The notes under the pieces were generated by a model. It was not told where the DNA came from. It did no database searches and worked only from the letters and a program-made list of their open reading frames with translations. A DNA stretch of 64,000 bases from the human T2T-CHM13v2.0 reference genome, Homo sapiens. Made by a program: the position numbers and the translations under genes. This document shows positions 40,201 to 52,774 of the stretch, piece by piece. Every line of letters begins with the position of its first letter. Position 1 is the first letter of the stretch. The stretch is taken from assembly GCF_009914755.1 (NCBI RefSeq), contig NC_060947.1, one strand, 5' to 3'.

Positions 40201-41244
40201 TTAATTTTTAATATATAGAAGATAATATGTCATACAAGTGTACTATGAAAGCAATTTCATGTATATGTACATCCTGTCACAGTTTGATCATAAACAGGGA
40301 ATTCAGTTAAACTGAGAAGGAATAATGAAAATGGAATCTGAGCAAGGAGACAGATTACAATATACTAACACAAGCTGTGGTCAAACTTAGTTTATCACAT
40401 GTGTATTTCTCCATTGGGAAATTGTGGGAGATGAGATCTTACAAACATGTTATAAGAAGAATGAATCCTCAAGAGACAAAACAGCTTAGAGGCCTTCAAA
40501 AGCAACAAATTAGTCTTTTCTGAGATCTACAATTGTATTTTCTATGTACTATTTTGTAGCCAGTTTTTGATCATTGTCCTCAGTTTTCTTACCTTGTACT
40601 CTGCATTTGATCTTCAGCTCAACAGCTCTAGAAGTAGGCTTTCTCTGGTCTCTGTTAAATGATGATAAGGCTGGATCTTCTTATTGTTATAATTCTTTAT
40701 TTTTTGTTTTTGAATGGGGACACAAGATATTTGGCCAGATTCTGGATGGAATTTCATTCTTATAATTTCTGGGTTTTTCTCTATTTCAGCCTTTTCTGAA
40801 TAAAAGGGTTAGGGTTCAAGCCACAGAAAAGCTGACTTCGGACCTTATTACATATCATACAAGGACTATTAAAATATCTAATAAGGTTTAGTCTAAAACA
40901 AGACAAATTATTAGGAATTAATTACTCTGTGCAGATATGACAAAATCCTAAATCGATACAAAACTATATTTATTTTTTAATTTAGTAGAAAACAGAAATG
41001 AGAATATTTTCAAAGATATCAACCAGTTAGATTCTGGATCTACATTATGAAAAAGAAGTTTATAATCTAAACATTTTAGAAATGAGATGAGCTCTATAAT
41101 ATGTTTGAAATGATCACAATTGTTGTAACGGAAATTACGTATCCTACCACCAGAGATATTGCTGTACATGTGACATGTTTAGAAGGGGAACATGAACCCC
41201 TCTCACAATTAGGATTCCACAATTCTACAAAGACATTTATTTCT

Positions 41245-41830
41245 ACATTTATTAATGGAACAAACATTTCTTAAAGATTTCTAAAGGACCAGATGCTGTG
41301 CTAGACTTTGAGGACACAGACACAGTAGTGGATAAAACATGGCTCAAGGTTTTAAAATGCTTAAATCTGTGGAGACAGATAAGCAAAGGGAGAATCTCCA
41401 AAGTATATAAAAACCATAATGCAAGTAAGTACTAAATGGTAGGAAAGCACATGAGGAAGCATTTAACCCAGTTTGAATGTGTCAGGAGAAGCTTCCTAGA
41501 GGAGTTATTGAAGGTCAAGTAGCAATTAACTTAGCAAAACAGAGAAAGAGGCTGGAGAGAAAGCATACAAGTCAAAGGGAGCAGCATGAATAAGAGCTCT
41601 GCAATTTACTATTGCACAACTCATTTGGGAAAACACAACAAACAAAACTGCATTTTTCATGCACAGAACATGAGACAGGTAATAGCAACCTGTAAGGAAA
41701 CACAGATGAGTGTAGTCATCTTGGCTAGAGCTGTTAGTAAAATTACACATGAGAAAGCTTGGCCAATAATAGGAAAAATCATTAAAATATTTTATAGCAA
41801 ATAACTTCAATCAGCAGGGGGCACTGAATA
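41245..41830 (-). mobile_element. L2 3' fragment
   Basis: 'caaacatttct...ccagatgctgtgctagac...tcaggagaagcttcctagaggag'. Confidence 0.6.
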
Positions 41831-42609
41831 TTAGCAATTTTGCAGTGTATAACATTTAAATGTTACTAAATGATCTCATTTTTAAAATTTACATTTATGT
41901 AAAATTTCAATGTGAGCAACCACTGTGTGAATTTAGTAACAGACCTGGATTTCACACAAATTTTTGCTGTTCACAATTAGTGCTAATGACATGTGATTCA
42001 TTTTATTTTATATTGTCATAGTAGGAGAAAGAATAAAGACGTGAAATGAAAACTAAGATTAAAATTTGATAAGTATTTTAAACTGAACATAATCAGTGTA
42101 AAATAAGACTTATTCTCCATGCTTGAACAGCATGATGGAATAATGAAAAATCGCAGGAAAAACAATGGATGATATGCTGCTAATGTCCGTTATCAAAAGC
42201 ATTGGATTAAAAGGTTCAAGAGGTCCTAGAAATGTGAGAGTTGGATGTGGGATCAAGGGTTAGCTTTGTGAGGACTTAATATCCCACAGATTGGGATTTA
42301 ATGATACAAATTTAATACTGGGGAGATTGCCCAACTAAAAATAGGTTCCCTAATATTATTTCACATTACAGTATTTGAAAATCCATCATGAGAAATGAAT
42401 TTGCTTCTGTCTGTAAGTGTTTTCCATCATCAGATATCCTCCACTGAGTAGAAAATTGCTGTGGAAAAAAGAAACATCTTACGCTATGAATCATTGTCTA
42501 TGATCCTAGGGAAAGTGCAAAATGAGAGAAAGGATTGGGAAGACATAGGTTCAAAAAACTGTGGTGGGGCAAGATAATTTAAAAGAATTTTTTTTGCATT
42601 CTATTTCAC

Positions 42610-42862
42610 TAATAATAATACCATTTATTCAATGCCCAATACATACCAGAATCTTCCATGTGAAATTATCTTATTTAATGTTTTCACGTATTTAAAGTTG
42701 GCATTGTTGCCTTATTGTTACAAATGAGGAAGTTGAGGTTTAGAAAACTTATATAAATTGCCCATATTCACAGAGCTACCAATGGTCAAAGTTGAGATTT
42801 AGACCTCCTATTTTTTTTTTTTTTTTTTTGCTTGCAAATTCTGTTGCTTTCCACTATGCCAG
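42610..42862 (-). mobile_element. MIR with internal poly-T
   Basis: MIR core 'ttacaaatgaggaagttgaggtttaga...ttgcccatattcacagag'. Confidence 0.75.
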
Positions 42863-45807
42863 GCTTAGTAGGAGTAACACAAGAGTATTTGTCCAGATGA
42901 CTTTCCCAGTTTAACTCATTCGTCTCATGTATTCCAAAGATCCCCAATTCCATAGCCATCCCGGATTACATTTTCCTGGCTGGAATGTCTGGCACCAAGT
43001 GCTACTTTAGTTGAAATGGAATATACCCTCTCTGAAGGCTAAGGAAAAAAGGCTCTTTCTCGGATCTGTGTTGTGAAAAATCAGACAAAGCATAACCCTG
43101 GGAAAACTATTTCTGAAGGAAGTCATAAAGCAAATTTCAATTGATGAATCCCAAGAAAATGGACTCTGAGTCACTGGGTCAGAAGAGACCACCAGAGAAA
43201 AGCCTATGGCATCCAGATTATTCCACCAGAGTGAAAATTTTCTAACCAAATCTAAGGGCAGCTGAGTGAATTTATCTTCAGATATCCACTTCTGTTTGGT
43301 TGGCTCTATCATTTAAGTAAGTATTACCCAAAATACATTCAGTGGAACTTTAGTTCTACCACATTCTGTGAAGGAAAGCAGGATCCCATTGCCAAAAATT
43401 AAGTTTCAGAAATCTTTCCTATTTTCTTCTTGGAGATTCATAGAAAGGTAAATTATTTCTTTTAAACAGACCATTTCATAAACATATTTGACCACTGAAT
43501 TATTTTTGTTTCTAGTAATGGTTATTAACCTACAGAATAGTGTTCTGAGTAATTCACATTGGGAAATTCTATATTAGAACAATAGCTTTCCGTTTTCTTA
43601 TCAGCTAGAGCCCTCCTATTATTTTTCCCACTTAGACCTCATATTGTGAAAATGATTTTCACTAGGGTCTTTACAAAATTTATTCAGAGACTATTGTTAG
43701 ACTTTTAAAAATGTTGGCAGGAGGCAAAACCCAGAAACCTTCATTACTCTTTATAGAGTTTCCTTGAGTTACAGATTTGAAATTGGTAATTATTATTCCT
43801 AGAAGAAATTGCTTATTAAATAGATTCTACTCATTACTGTCATATTTAGTTCTTTTATGGTTCTTTTATGGTTAGAAAGCCATTGCCATGTCCTCAGAGT
43901 TCATAGAGGCATAGAAATAATGCAACTATTGGTTTGACTACAAGTTGCCCAGGGATCTCCCTGTTCTGAGGAGGTATATATCTAAATGAAGGGCTCCATT
44001 ATTATCTTCATCAGCTAATTCATATTCTAGAGTCTCTGTCCGTCCTGCTAGTGTGGTCTGGGCCCAGGCACTTGGCCGACATCTGGCACAAGTAAATCAT
44101 ATACAAATTTTTCAAGAGGATTTTCATTGTATAGATTAGTCAAAGATGAAAGGAAAATGTTTATCTTGGATTTGAAAGTTTTTACATACTTCTGTGTCAC
44201 AGATTTGAAAATAGAAATGAAATTCCTGAATTTGAAGCAACAAATCATTCAGAATATTTAGTAGTATACTTTAATATATATTCACTATTATATTATTAAA
44301 TTCTATTTTAAAACTTGTAAATTTATCATTACACAAGGTTTATAATAAACTGTTTAAACTCATCATAAGGCATCTTTTAATTATCCGAAGCTACAAATAA
44401 TACACAAGTAGAAAACATTACATGCATTTTTCCCCTTCACTGGTATTCAATATCAATTTATTGCCAATCACACAAGCATCAAAAAGTAGTTATCTGATAA
44501 GATTTTCTTTACTTGAATTTTAAATTTTTTGATTTGACTTTATTTATCAAATGCACTCTATCATGATTATAAGAAATGAGACTTCTATTATAGGAAAATT
44601 GTCATGTTGCCCATCACTGTGTACCATTAGGAGACTCTTCATTTATTTGTTTTTGTTTCTACTTCCTCTGTTTCTTGGCTTCTGACTCAAGTAATACAGT
44701 ACTTGTTCCTCCTGAATACTGTGAACAGGAGAGAGAGAGAGCAAGAACGGGCTTTTATATATGTAATGTAATGAGTGTAATAATTTTATATAGAGAGTAT
44801 ATGTGTAATAATTTTGTTGCACTTATCACAGTGTTCTGAAATAATTAGCATTTTATCTGGCTAGTTACCAATGTGTCATAAAAATTGAATCCAGGAAATA
44901 TTTAAGTAGGGACTTTAAATCTATAAATATATAAAAACTTTTTGAAAAGTATGCTATATCTATGCTCCCAAAAGAGAGAAAAATGAGCCCAATAATTAAA
45001 GCAAAATACCAAATGTCAGTGATCACACACACACACATACAGACTCACTATCTCCCAAAACATATAGACACATGTATGCTTTGGCCCAAATTCAGATATT
45101 CTCAAAAAGGGTCAACAGACTCCTTTTTATCTTTACTATTTGTTGGAAAGATACTTATTGAGTATTATTGCAAAGATGGAGGATATGAGTTACACCTATT
45201 CAGAATGTGTGAGCTGGAACACTGTTAAACAGAGAAGCTGATATGTAGATGGGTTTGGTTAATTGTCTGACAGTTTTAGTTTGGGATGCACTAATTTTCC
45301 ATTTAGCTATGTCAATTACCAAAGTCACATTGCTTTTGAAGAATACTGCCATCTGTTTTCAATAACTTATATTCCAAGACTATTATAATACATAAAATAT
45401 ATGTTATTTACTTTATCTATTTTGCCTGCATATTTGCATTATATTCATAGTTTTTCCATGTAAAATGATCAACATTGTCTCTGAAAACAGCCTAGATGAA
45501 TTTAAGTTCTTTTGATAGTTCTCTTTTATTTCCTTTGTTAAAACACCTGAAAATATGGCTTTTCCTTGCAATATTATAAAAGGGGATGAGGAGGAGGCAT
45601 CCCACTGAAAAAGAATGGTGAACCCTCCTCCTTTCTCATTCAGGGTTTAGGAGAAGTTTGGGCAAATAAAAGTATTTTTTTAATTGCTTCTCACAATTCT
45701 TCATATGTAATCTATTAAATACCATTCAGATAAATAACTTTACACACCAACTAATCATCTTCATTAAAGTCATACTTGGGAATCTTAATATTGGGATTCT
45801 GTATTAT

Positions 45808-45894
45808 TGTGGCTTCTTTATATTTTCATTTCATTTCAATTTTATATTTTCTTCTTTATATATGTGGCTTCTTTATATTTTCATTTCATTTCAA
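45808..45894. repeat. Perfect 32-bp direct duplication with 23-bp spacer
   Basis: TGTGGCTTCTTTATATTTTCATTTCATTTCAA at 45808-45839 and 45863-45894. Confidence 0.95.
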
Positions 45895-48006
45895 CTGACA
45901 TTATTTTTATTTTGTTAGCTTATATCCATCATGAAAAATTGAATACTTTATGCAGATTGAATAGTGTATTTTAATCAATTTTTTCGTGAACACATTTTTA
46001 AATAAACTATTATTTAATATAAAGATTACAAAATACCCTACCAATATTTAGTAAGAGTCTGAGTTTAAAAGTTATTAGAAAAAAAGGCATGTCCAAGAGT
46101 GCAAATATCAGTCAAATGAAGGCACAAAGCTCCAGGAAAAAATATGAATCAGCACATGCAATATACACTATCCCTCCCTAGGAGAGGAATAGGGGAAAAA
46201 ATAAATAATAACAAAGAAAAATACTGGTTTATGAATTTAGTTACAATATTCATTACAATGCAAATCCTAATTACTTGCATTAAAGTATCTATATTAATAC
46301 AGCTATATTTTCATTCACAGTGTCTTTCTGTATTCAAAAATATTTAAGCATATAAATATGTAAACAAAAATGTGATAATACTGCCACGTTGTTTAATTTT
46401 CTTAACATGATCAAGAATCCACAATTTTGTAAAAATGGGGAAGTCTCCAAATGATAGCAAAGCTTCTATTAGAAACACTTGATGAAGGGTAACTTTTGTT
46501 CTCTTATTAACAGCAATACCCAATCAGTGCATTCTTCTATTGTCTCAAGACTGCATAATAAATGTGAAGTGGCTATGCAATACAAGTGCATCTTAAGCTA
46601 TTCTTTTTACAGACAATTAAATATTTCCTTGTAGTTTTGCTACTAAGGCAATTTGCTCACTCTGCTACCTGTCTATCCTCAAACCCAAAACTACTCTTTA
46701 AAACAAGAGAAATATGTGGAAGCACTAAAAGTATGACTCATGCTCTATTATATTTTCTTACAAAGTCGAGACATTTGGAGATAGACGACGTTGATTATAC
46801 TGCTGAGACTCTTCATGTGAGATTTAAGTTATTGCTGTAAAATTGGGTCAACATCATTTTTAAGGGCTACTTGAACACATTACGGAATGTGAAATTAAAG
46901 CAGAACCTCAGAACAAAACCTCTGAAAAAAGCAGACTTGTGTTTGATAAATGAAACATATTTTTCTTTTTTCTTCACAAGAAAAACAAAATATAAGCTTT
47001 AACGCAATTCACCAACACCCCTAAATTGAGTTTTAAGCCTGGCAACTGTTTCTTGGATGACTGTGGGCTTACCACCCAGGGTGCTGAGAGACTCACATGA
47101 ACTGACTAGTTTCCCTTTGTTCTGATCTCTATTTATCTCCTCAGGCCCAATTCTCTCCTCCTTCTGCAAAAGACTGAAATTAAGTAATGCTGCATGCACT
47201 CTAATTTTAGTCATAGCATTCTTCTCAGGATGATAGGGTGGAGAGACTATATTGTGACAAATATTTCACCCTCTTGTTCAATCTAAGGATGATAATTTCA
47301 GTGTCATTTATAATAGATATGGGAGATTTAAAGCTGTCTTCCTCTTAGCAACTGTAAAATTGTTATCATAAAATAACATGATTTTAGCCATTTCATTGCT
47401 TTAGAATCAAGAGGAGGAGTTATTTTGATTATAAAAAAGGGAAAAAATTGTGTGAATTTCTACTATCTGGTAATAAATTTTAAGACTAAGGCTGTAGTTT
47501 TGAAGATACTTAATTTTACAATGTTACTTATGTTTCTGATTTACAAGTTTATTATGCCAACTTGATGCTCAAAGATATTTTTGATGAGTGAAGTTATAAA
47601 AAGCTTCAGTGATTTTTATATACTAAATCTCAGTTGCAAAATCTGCAGCCTCCATATGTTGGGATTTATATTTCCAATTCATATACTCAGGTAGCACTAT
47701 TTTTAAGCCCCCTTTTGATATAATTCTGATATAATTCTGATTTTAGATAGCTATTAACTATTTCCAGGTTGCTGATGATGGCTTGTTTGATTTTGACCCA
47801 GTCACAGATTGCTTATTATTCTTATTGATACACACTCTGTAAAGCAAAGCTGAAATATAAAAGTATTTCAGTTGACTGCGTAAACTATGAAAATCTAAAT
47901 ACACAGCAATGATAAAGGAGATCTGAAGGGAACTCGGGGGAAGCACTGGCTGTTCACAGATTGATCTAAATAGTTAATTTTCTCCCAGGTTTTAATTCAG
48001 TCATTC

Positions 48007-49056
48007 TGTTACAGTAGGTACCTAGTCAGACATGAGAAGGACAGGAGCGTCCCTACCCCCACCCCCACCAGGAACTTCAGGTGACCATTAGGGGGTCAGG
48101 CAGTTGTTAGGTTGTTGCTCTAAAATAATAGTTGGTTGCAGCTGGCACCAGGGAAAGGCAGTCTCCCAATAGATAGAAAGACCTGAAACTGGTATTCAGC
48201 AGCTTCCCATTAAAGATTTCAGGAGTTGGGTGAGTGAGCTCAAGCAAGAGCACTAAGAGGCAAAATGGTGGAGTTTAACTGGTATATGATCTTCTTCCTC
48301 AACAAACACTTGACTGGTAAGGGAAGCATGCCTCAAGTGAGCATGTGTACAACTTCAGTAACCACACTGTGCATGTCGCCCCTCCCAAGTGTTGGCAGGG
48401 TACTGTGCATGTGGACAGTCCACCCCAAGGGAAGAATCAGGGGAGAAGTAACGTAACTCTAGAAGCATGCTGTGTTAGTCTATTCTCATGCTGCTGATAA
48501 AGACATACCAAAAACTGGGTAATTTATAAAGAAAAAGAGGTTTAATGGACTCACAGCTCCATGTGGCTGGGGAGGCCTCACAATCATGGTGAAAGGTGAA
48601 AGGCACATCTTACATAGTGGCAGGCAAGAGAGAATGAGGGCCAAGCAAAAAAGGAAACCCCTTATAAAATCATCAGATCTGGTGAGACTTATCCAATACC
48701 ATGAGAACAGTATGGGGGAAAGCGCCCCCAAGATTCAGTTATATCCAGTTATGTCCCTCCCACAACACGTAGGAATTATGGGAGCTACAATTCAAGATGA
48801 AATTTAAGTGGGGACACAGCAAAACCATGTCACATGCCAACATATAAGACCCCAAGTCAAAGGTCAAACAAACAGCTCTCAAGTGTACTTTACTTCCTTT
48901 TGTTCCTGCTCTAAAGTTTTTAAATAAACTTTCACTCCTGTTCTAAAACTTGCCTCAGTCTCTCTCTCTGCCTTATGCCTCTTGGTTGAATTCTTTCTTC
49001 TGAGGAGGCAAGAATGGAGGTTGCTGCAGACCCATAGGGATTCATCACCCCTAACA
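48007..49056 (+). mobile_element. MER50 solo LTR (ERV1), split by a THE1 LTR
   Basis: 'tgttacagtaggtacctagtcagacatgag' start, 'taaca' end, 4-bp TSD ATTC (48003-48006, 49057-49060), AATAAA at about 48923. Confidence 0.88.
48471..48832 (-). mobile_element. THE1B/C solo LTR
   Basis: 'ttagtctattctcatgctgctgataaagacatacc...ggggacacagcaaaaccatgtca'; perfect 5-bp TSD CATGC (48466-48470, 48833-48837). Confidence 0.95.
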
Positions 49057-49863
49057 ATTCCACAAGTACAGTATGTATAGTATTACAGGCTAAGTGCTTA
49101 GGATTCACTGGTAACAATAGTAGACACTCTCCCAATGACCTTAGAGTTCACAAAGCAGCACATAAAATTAAACCAAAAATTCAAGTATGATGTGTGCTAT
49201 GACTGGGGTCAGAGATACTAGGGAAACAAGGCAGAAGAAAAATGCTTTACATAGATTGGGAAAGTGATCAAAGTCTTTCTGGTGGGAGAGACTTTGATGT
49301 GGAGATCTGAAGTGTGAGTGAGCATTCAGTGAAGAGAAGAGATGGGGGGATTCAGAGAGACTTACATAAAGAGCATGATGCATTGCCCAAATGAAGGAGA
49401 CTCCATGGGAAGGGATCTGCTTTTATGATGCTAGGAGAGAGGCAGAAAACTCTGTATTTGACTAACCGTATGAGCAAGGGACAGCCTCAACGGGACAAGT
49501 TCTGAGGTGAGACTTGTCTGAGTGACCAAAAAACACTCTGTAGAAGTCTTCTCCTAATTTTTTTTTTTTTTTTTTTTTTTTGGCTACTTTACTGGAGTGG
49601 TTTTTTTGTTTGTTTGTTTGGTTGGTTTTGTTTTTTGTTCTTTGCTACTTTACTGGAGCATTCGCTCTCTATTGTTTTGTAAATTTGCTCCCACTTCTGT
49701 ATAAAATTTTCACACACCCCACACAAATCTCTCAGTCAGTCTTACCAGCCTGCCTTCCTCCCAATTCCCATCTCCCTGCCTAAGAGCTTTCTGCTTGGTC
49801 AAATTCACTTCTTTTATTTGCAACTGATAGGAGAAGAACTCCTTTTGTCTTTTTCAACAGTAG

Positions 49864-50195
<332 letters not shown>

Positions 50196-50311
50196 AGACT
50201 CATGTTTACTTTACAAACCACTTGCCACTGCAAGGAATTTGGGCAGCTTGAAGTTAGCGTTGATTCAAATTTATATGGATTTATTCCCATCTGGAAATGT
50301 TGACCTCTCCT

Positions 50312-50536
50312 CTAAGGATAAATAAATCTAGAGATCTAATGTACAGCAGGCGTACTATAATTAATAATACTGCATTGTATATTGAAAATTTGCTAAGAGG
50401 GTAGACTTTAAGTGCCCTTACCACACACCAAAAAAGAAGAAGTAACTGGAAGGTGATGATTATCTTGAATTGCTTACCTGTAGTAATCACTTCATTATGG
50501 ATATGTATATCAAACATGTTGTACACCTTAAATTTA

Positions 50537-50590
<54 letters not shown>
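50312..50590 (+). mobile_element. L1MA-type 3' end with (TA)n tail
   Basis: 'tctagagatctaatgtacagca...gaaaatttgctaagagggtagac...tgtacaccttaaat'. Confidence 0.85.
50540..50588. repeat. Pure (TA)24
   Basis: Read directly. Confidence 0.97.
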
Positions 50591-50591
<1 letters not shown>

Positions 50592-51594
50592 AAACTTGTG
50601 TTTGCTCTGATGTTTGCTCAATTGTATGTGAAATGCTTTCTGGAGAGGAAAGGCTAAGAAGATGACTATCAGTTTCACCAGAGTCTCTAGAATTTCAAAT
50701 AGTAAGATTTTTTTAATTGTCTGAAAAGAAATATTTAGATTTAAAATGCAAAAATAAGAAATAATCAACAGAAAATATTTTATGTGCTAAGATGAGTTAT
50801 GACAAAAAAAGAAAACTCTGTGTACATCATTATTTGCCTGAGACACATTGTTTATTTTTAGACAAAATGTTAATTTTACAACTTAAAATTAGCTTATCCT
50901 TTTTCTTCTTAGAAAAGCCATGCCTGAGAAAAATAATCCATTAAAATTGAATAAGCTAAGTAAACACATAATTGGCGCTTAAACACAAGCAAACAAAAGT
51001 TATTATATTGCATAGCTAATAGTAACACTGCTGAAATTGAGCCATCTGTTCAACTTAAAAACTTTATTTTGAAATTGTTTCCAGGTATAAGTAACAATGG
51101 TCTTGGATATGCCATTCTAAAATTGATTCTGCTCTAAGAATATTTATCAATTATTTTATGGTTAAGACATTTTTCTGACAATTTGCAGAAAATTTTATTG
51201 ATGGTTTCCTATTTTGATTTTGATTTCTTTGACTTTTAAAATTGATCATTACTAATTTCTTAAGTTTTAAAAATGTTTTCTATGTTTAAAGATCACATCT
51301 CTGGTGGTGTTATGGACCACCCAAAATACATGATTATTACATTGATGTTTCTCCTTAGTTTTAGATATTTCTATCTTAAATTACCAAATGGAAAGGGTGA
51401 GGGACCCTTCAATACAATGCATGAGGGAGCTCTATAGAGGATAAACATACTTCTGAATCAGCAACGAGTTCTTGGGTCCCAGTGAAAAGAAACATGTTTA
51501 ACCAGGAATAATAAAAAAAATGTGGCTTGGCATGGTGCATCATTATATTACTCCTATGAAACCATATAGATGTCATAGAGTAATCAGTGGAGCC

Positions 51595-51900
51595 TACACT
51601 AGAATATAAATTTCACACAAAAAAGCGATTTTTGTCCTTTATTCACTGAGGTATCCCAAGTGCATAGGAGAATATTTAACATTTAATAAATATTCATTAA
51701 ATATTTGTTGAAAGAATGAGGAGAGAAAGGAGATAGAATATAATGTTTATTAATATAGTTATGAGCACTTCACAATGTGCCATCTTCGTGAATCCCAACA
51801 CAATCCTTATGGAAGAACCATGAAATTACCTTTTAACAAAAAAGATAATTGAGGCTCAAAATGATGAGTTTAATTACCCAAGGGCTCACAACTGGCAGCC
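51595..51900. mobile_element. L2 3' end (about 51595-51720) followed by MIR (about 51740-51900)
   Basis: 'ttattcactgaggtatcccaagtgc...taaatatttgttgaaagaatga'; 'attgaggctcaaaa...tacccaagggctcacaact'. Confidence 0.6.
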
Positions 51901-52228
51901 AGCACATATGGCAATGAAGTTATATTCAATAGGCTGCGGAATAATACACCAGCAACCGTATCAGCTACTCATAAAATGTGCCTAGAAAGGGTAACAGTTG
52001 GATATTATGTGTGCATAGGAGCCTCCTCCATGGACAGCCCATAATTGTAGGATCAAGAGAGATTAATTACTGTCGATGGGAAACCACAGATTTAATCACC
52101 TGCCAAGATTCACTTCTAGAAGGGGTCACCAGTAAAATATGTCATTCAGGTTACCTGTTGACAGGTACAATGTTTAAAGAAAACTTTACATGGCTGTGTT
52201 AGGGAAAGCATTATTACTTGATGGTCAC

Positions 52229-52774
52229 TGTATTCATTTTCTATCGGTACTATAACAAATTACTCACAAATATAGTGGCTTAAAGAACACAAATTTATTA
52301 TCTTAGAGTTCTGTAGGCCAGAAGCTCAATGTGGGTCTCACCAGTTTAAAGTCAAGGTGATGACAGGGATGCATTACTTTCTGGATACTCTACGGGAAAA
52401 TCCATTTTCTTGCTCATTTGAGTGTTGGCAGAATTCCATGAGGAAATCTCCCTGTCTTGTGGGCTGTCAGCTAAGGGCGTCTCTTATCTCCTAGAGGACT
52501 TCCTCCAGTCTATGTAAAGTCCATCATCTCAGAACCACCAATAAGGCATTGAATCCTCACACTGCCATTTCTCTGACTCCTATTTTGCCTTTCTCTTCCA
52601 CTTTTAAGGGTTCGTGTGACTACATTTGACCTACTCAGGATAATCTCTGCATCTCAATTGTTCTTAGTTTTAATCATATCTGCAAAGCCCCCTTTGTCAT
52701 GAAACATAACATAATCACAGGTTTTGAGGGTTATGGCAGGGTATCGTTAGGAGGCCATGATGCTTTCTACCACA
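52229..52774 (-). mobile_element. MLT1D/E-like LTR
   Basis: 'taacaaattactcacaaatatagtggcttaaagaacacaaatttattatctta', 'atctgcaaagcccc', ends 'ctaccaca'. Confidence 0.8.

Noticed and set aside
43007-43312. 101-aa minus-strand ORF
   Set aside because: No recognisable family or motif; single short ORF without corroborating features
46765-46815. Possible 51-nt in-frame plus-strand micro-exon (SRHLEIDDVDYTAETLH)
   Set aside because: Weak AAG acceptor and CAT|GTGAGA donor, peptide not recognised, no neighbouring exons
24876-47745. Short 11-18 bp tandem duplications (about 24876, 43851, 47718)
   Set aside because: Ordinary slippage products expected at this density in AT-rich DNA
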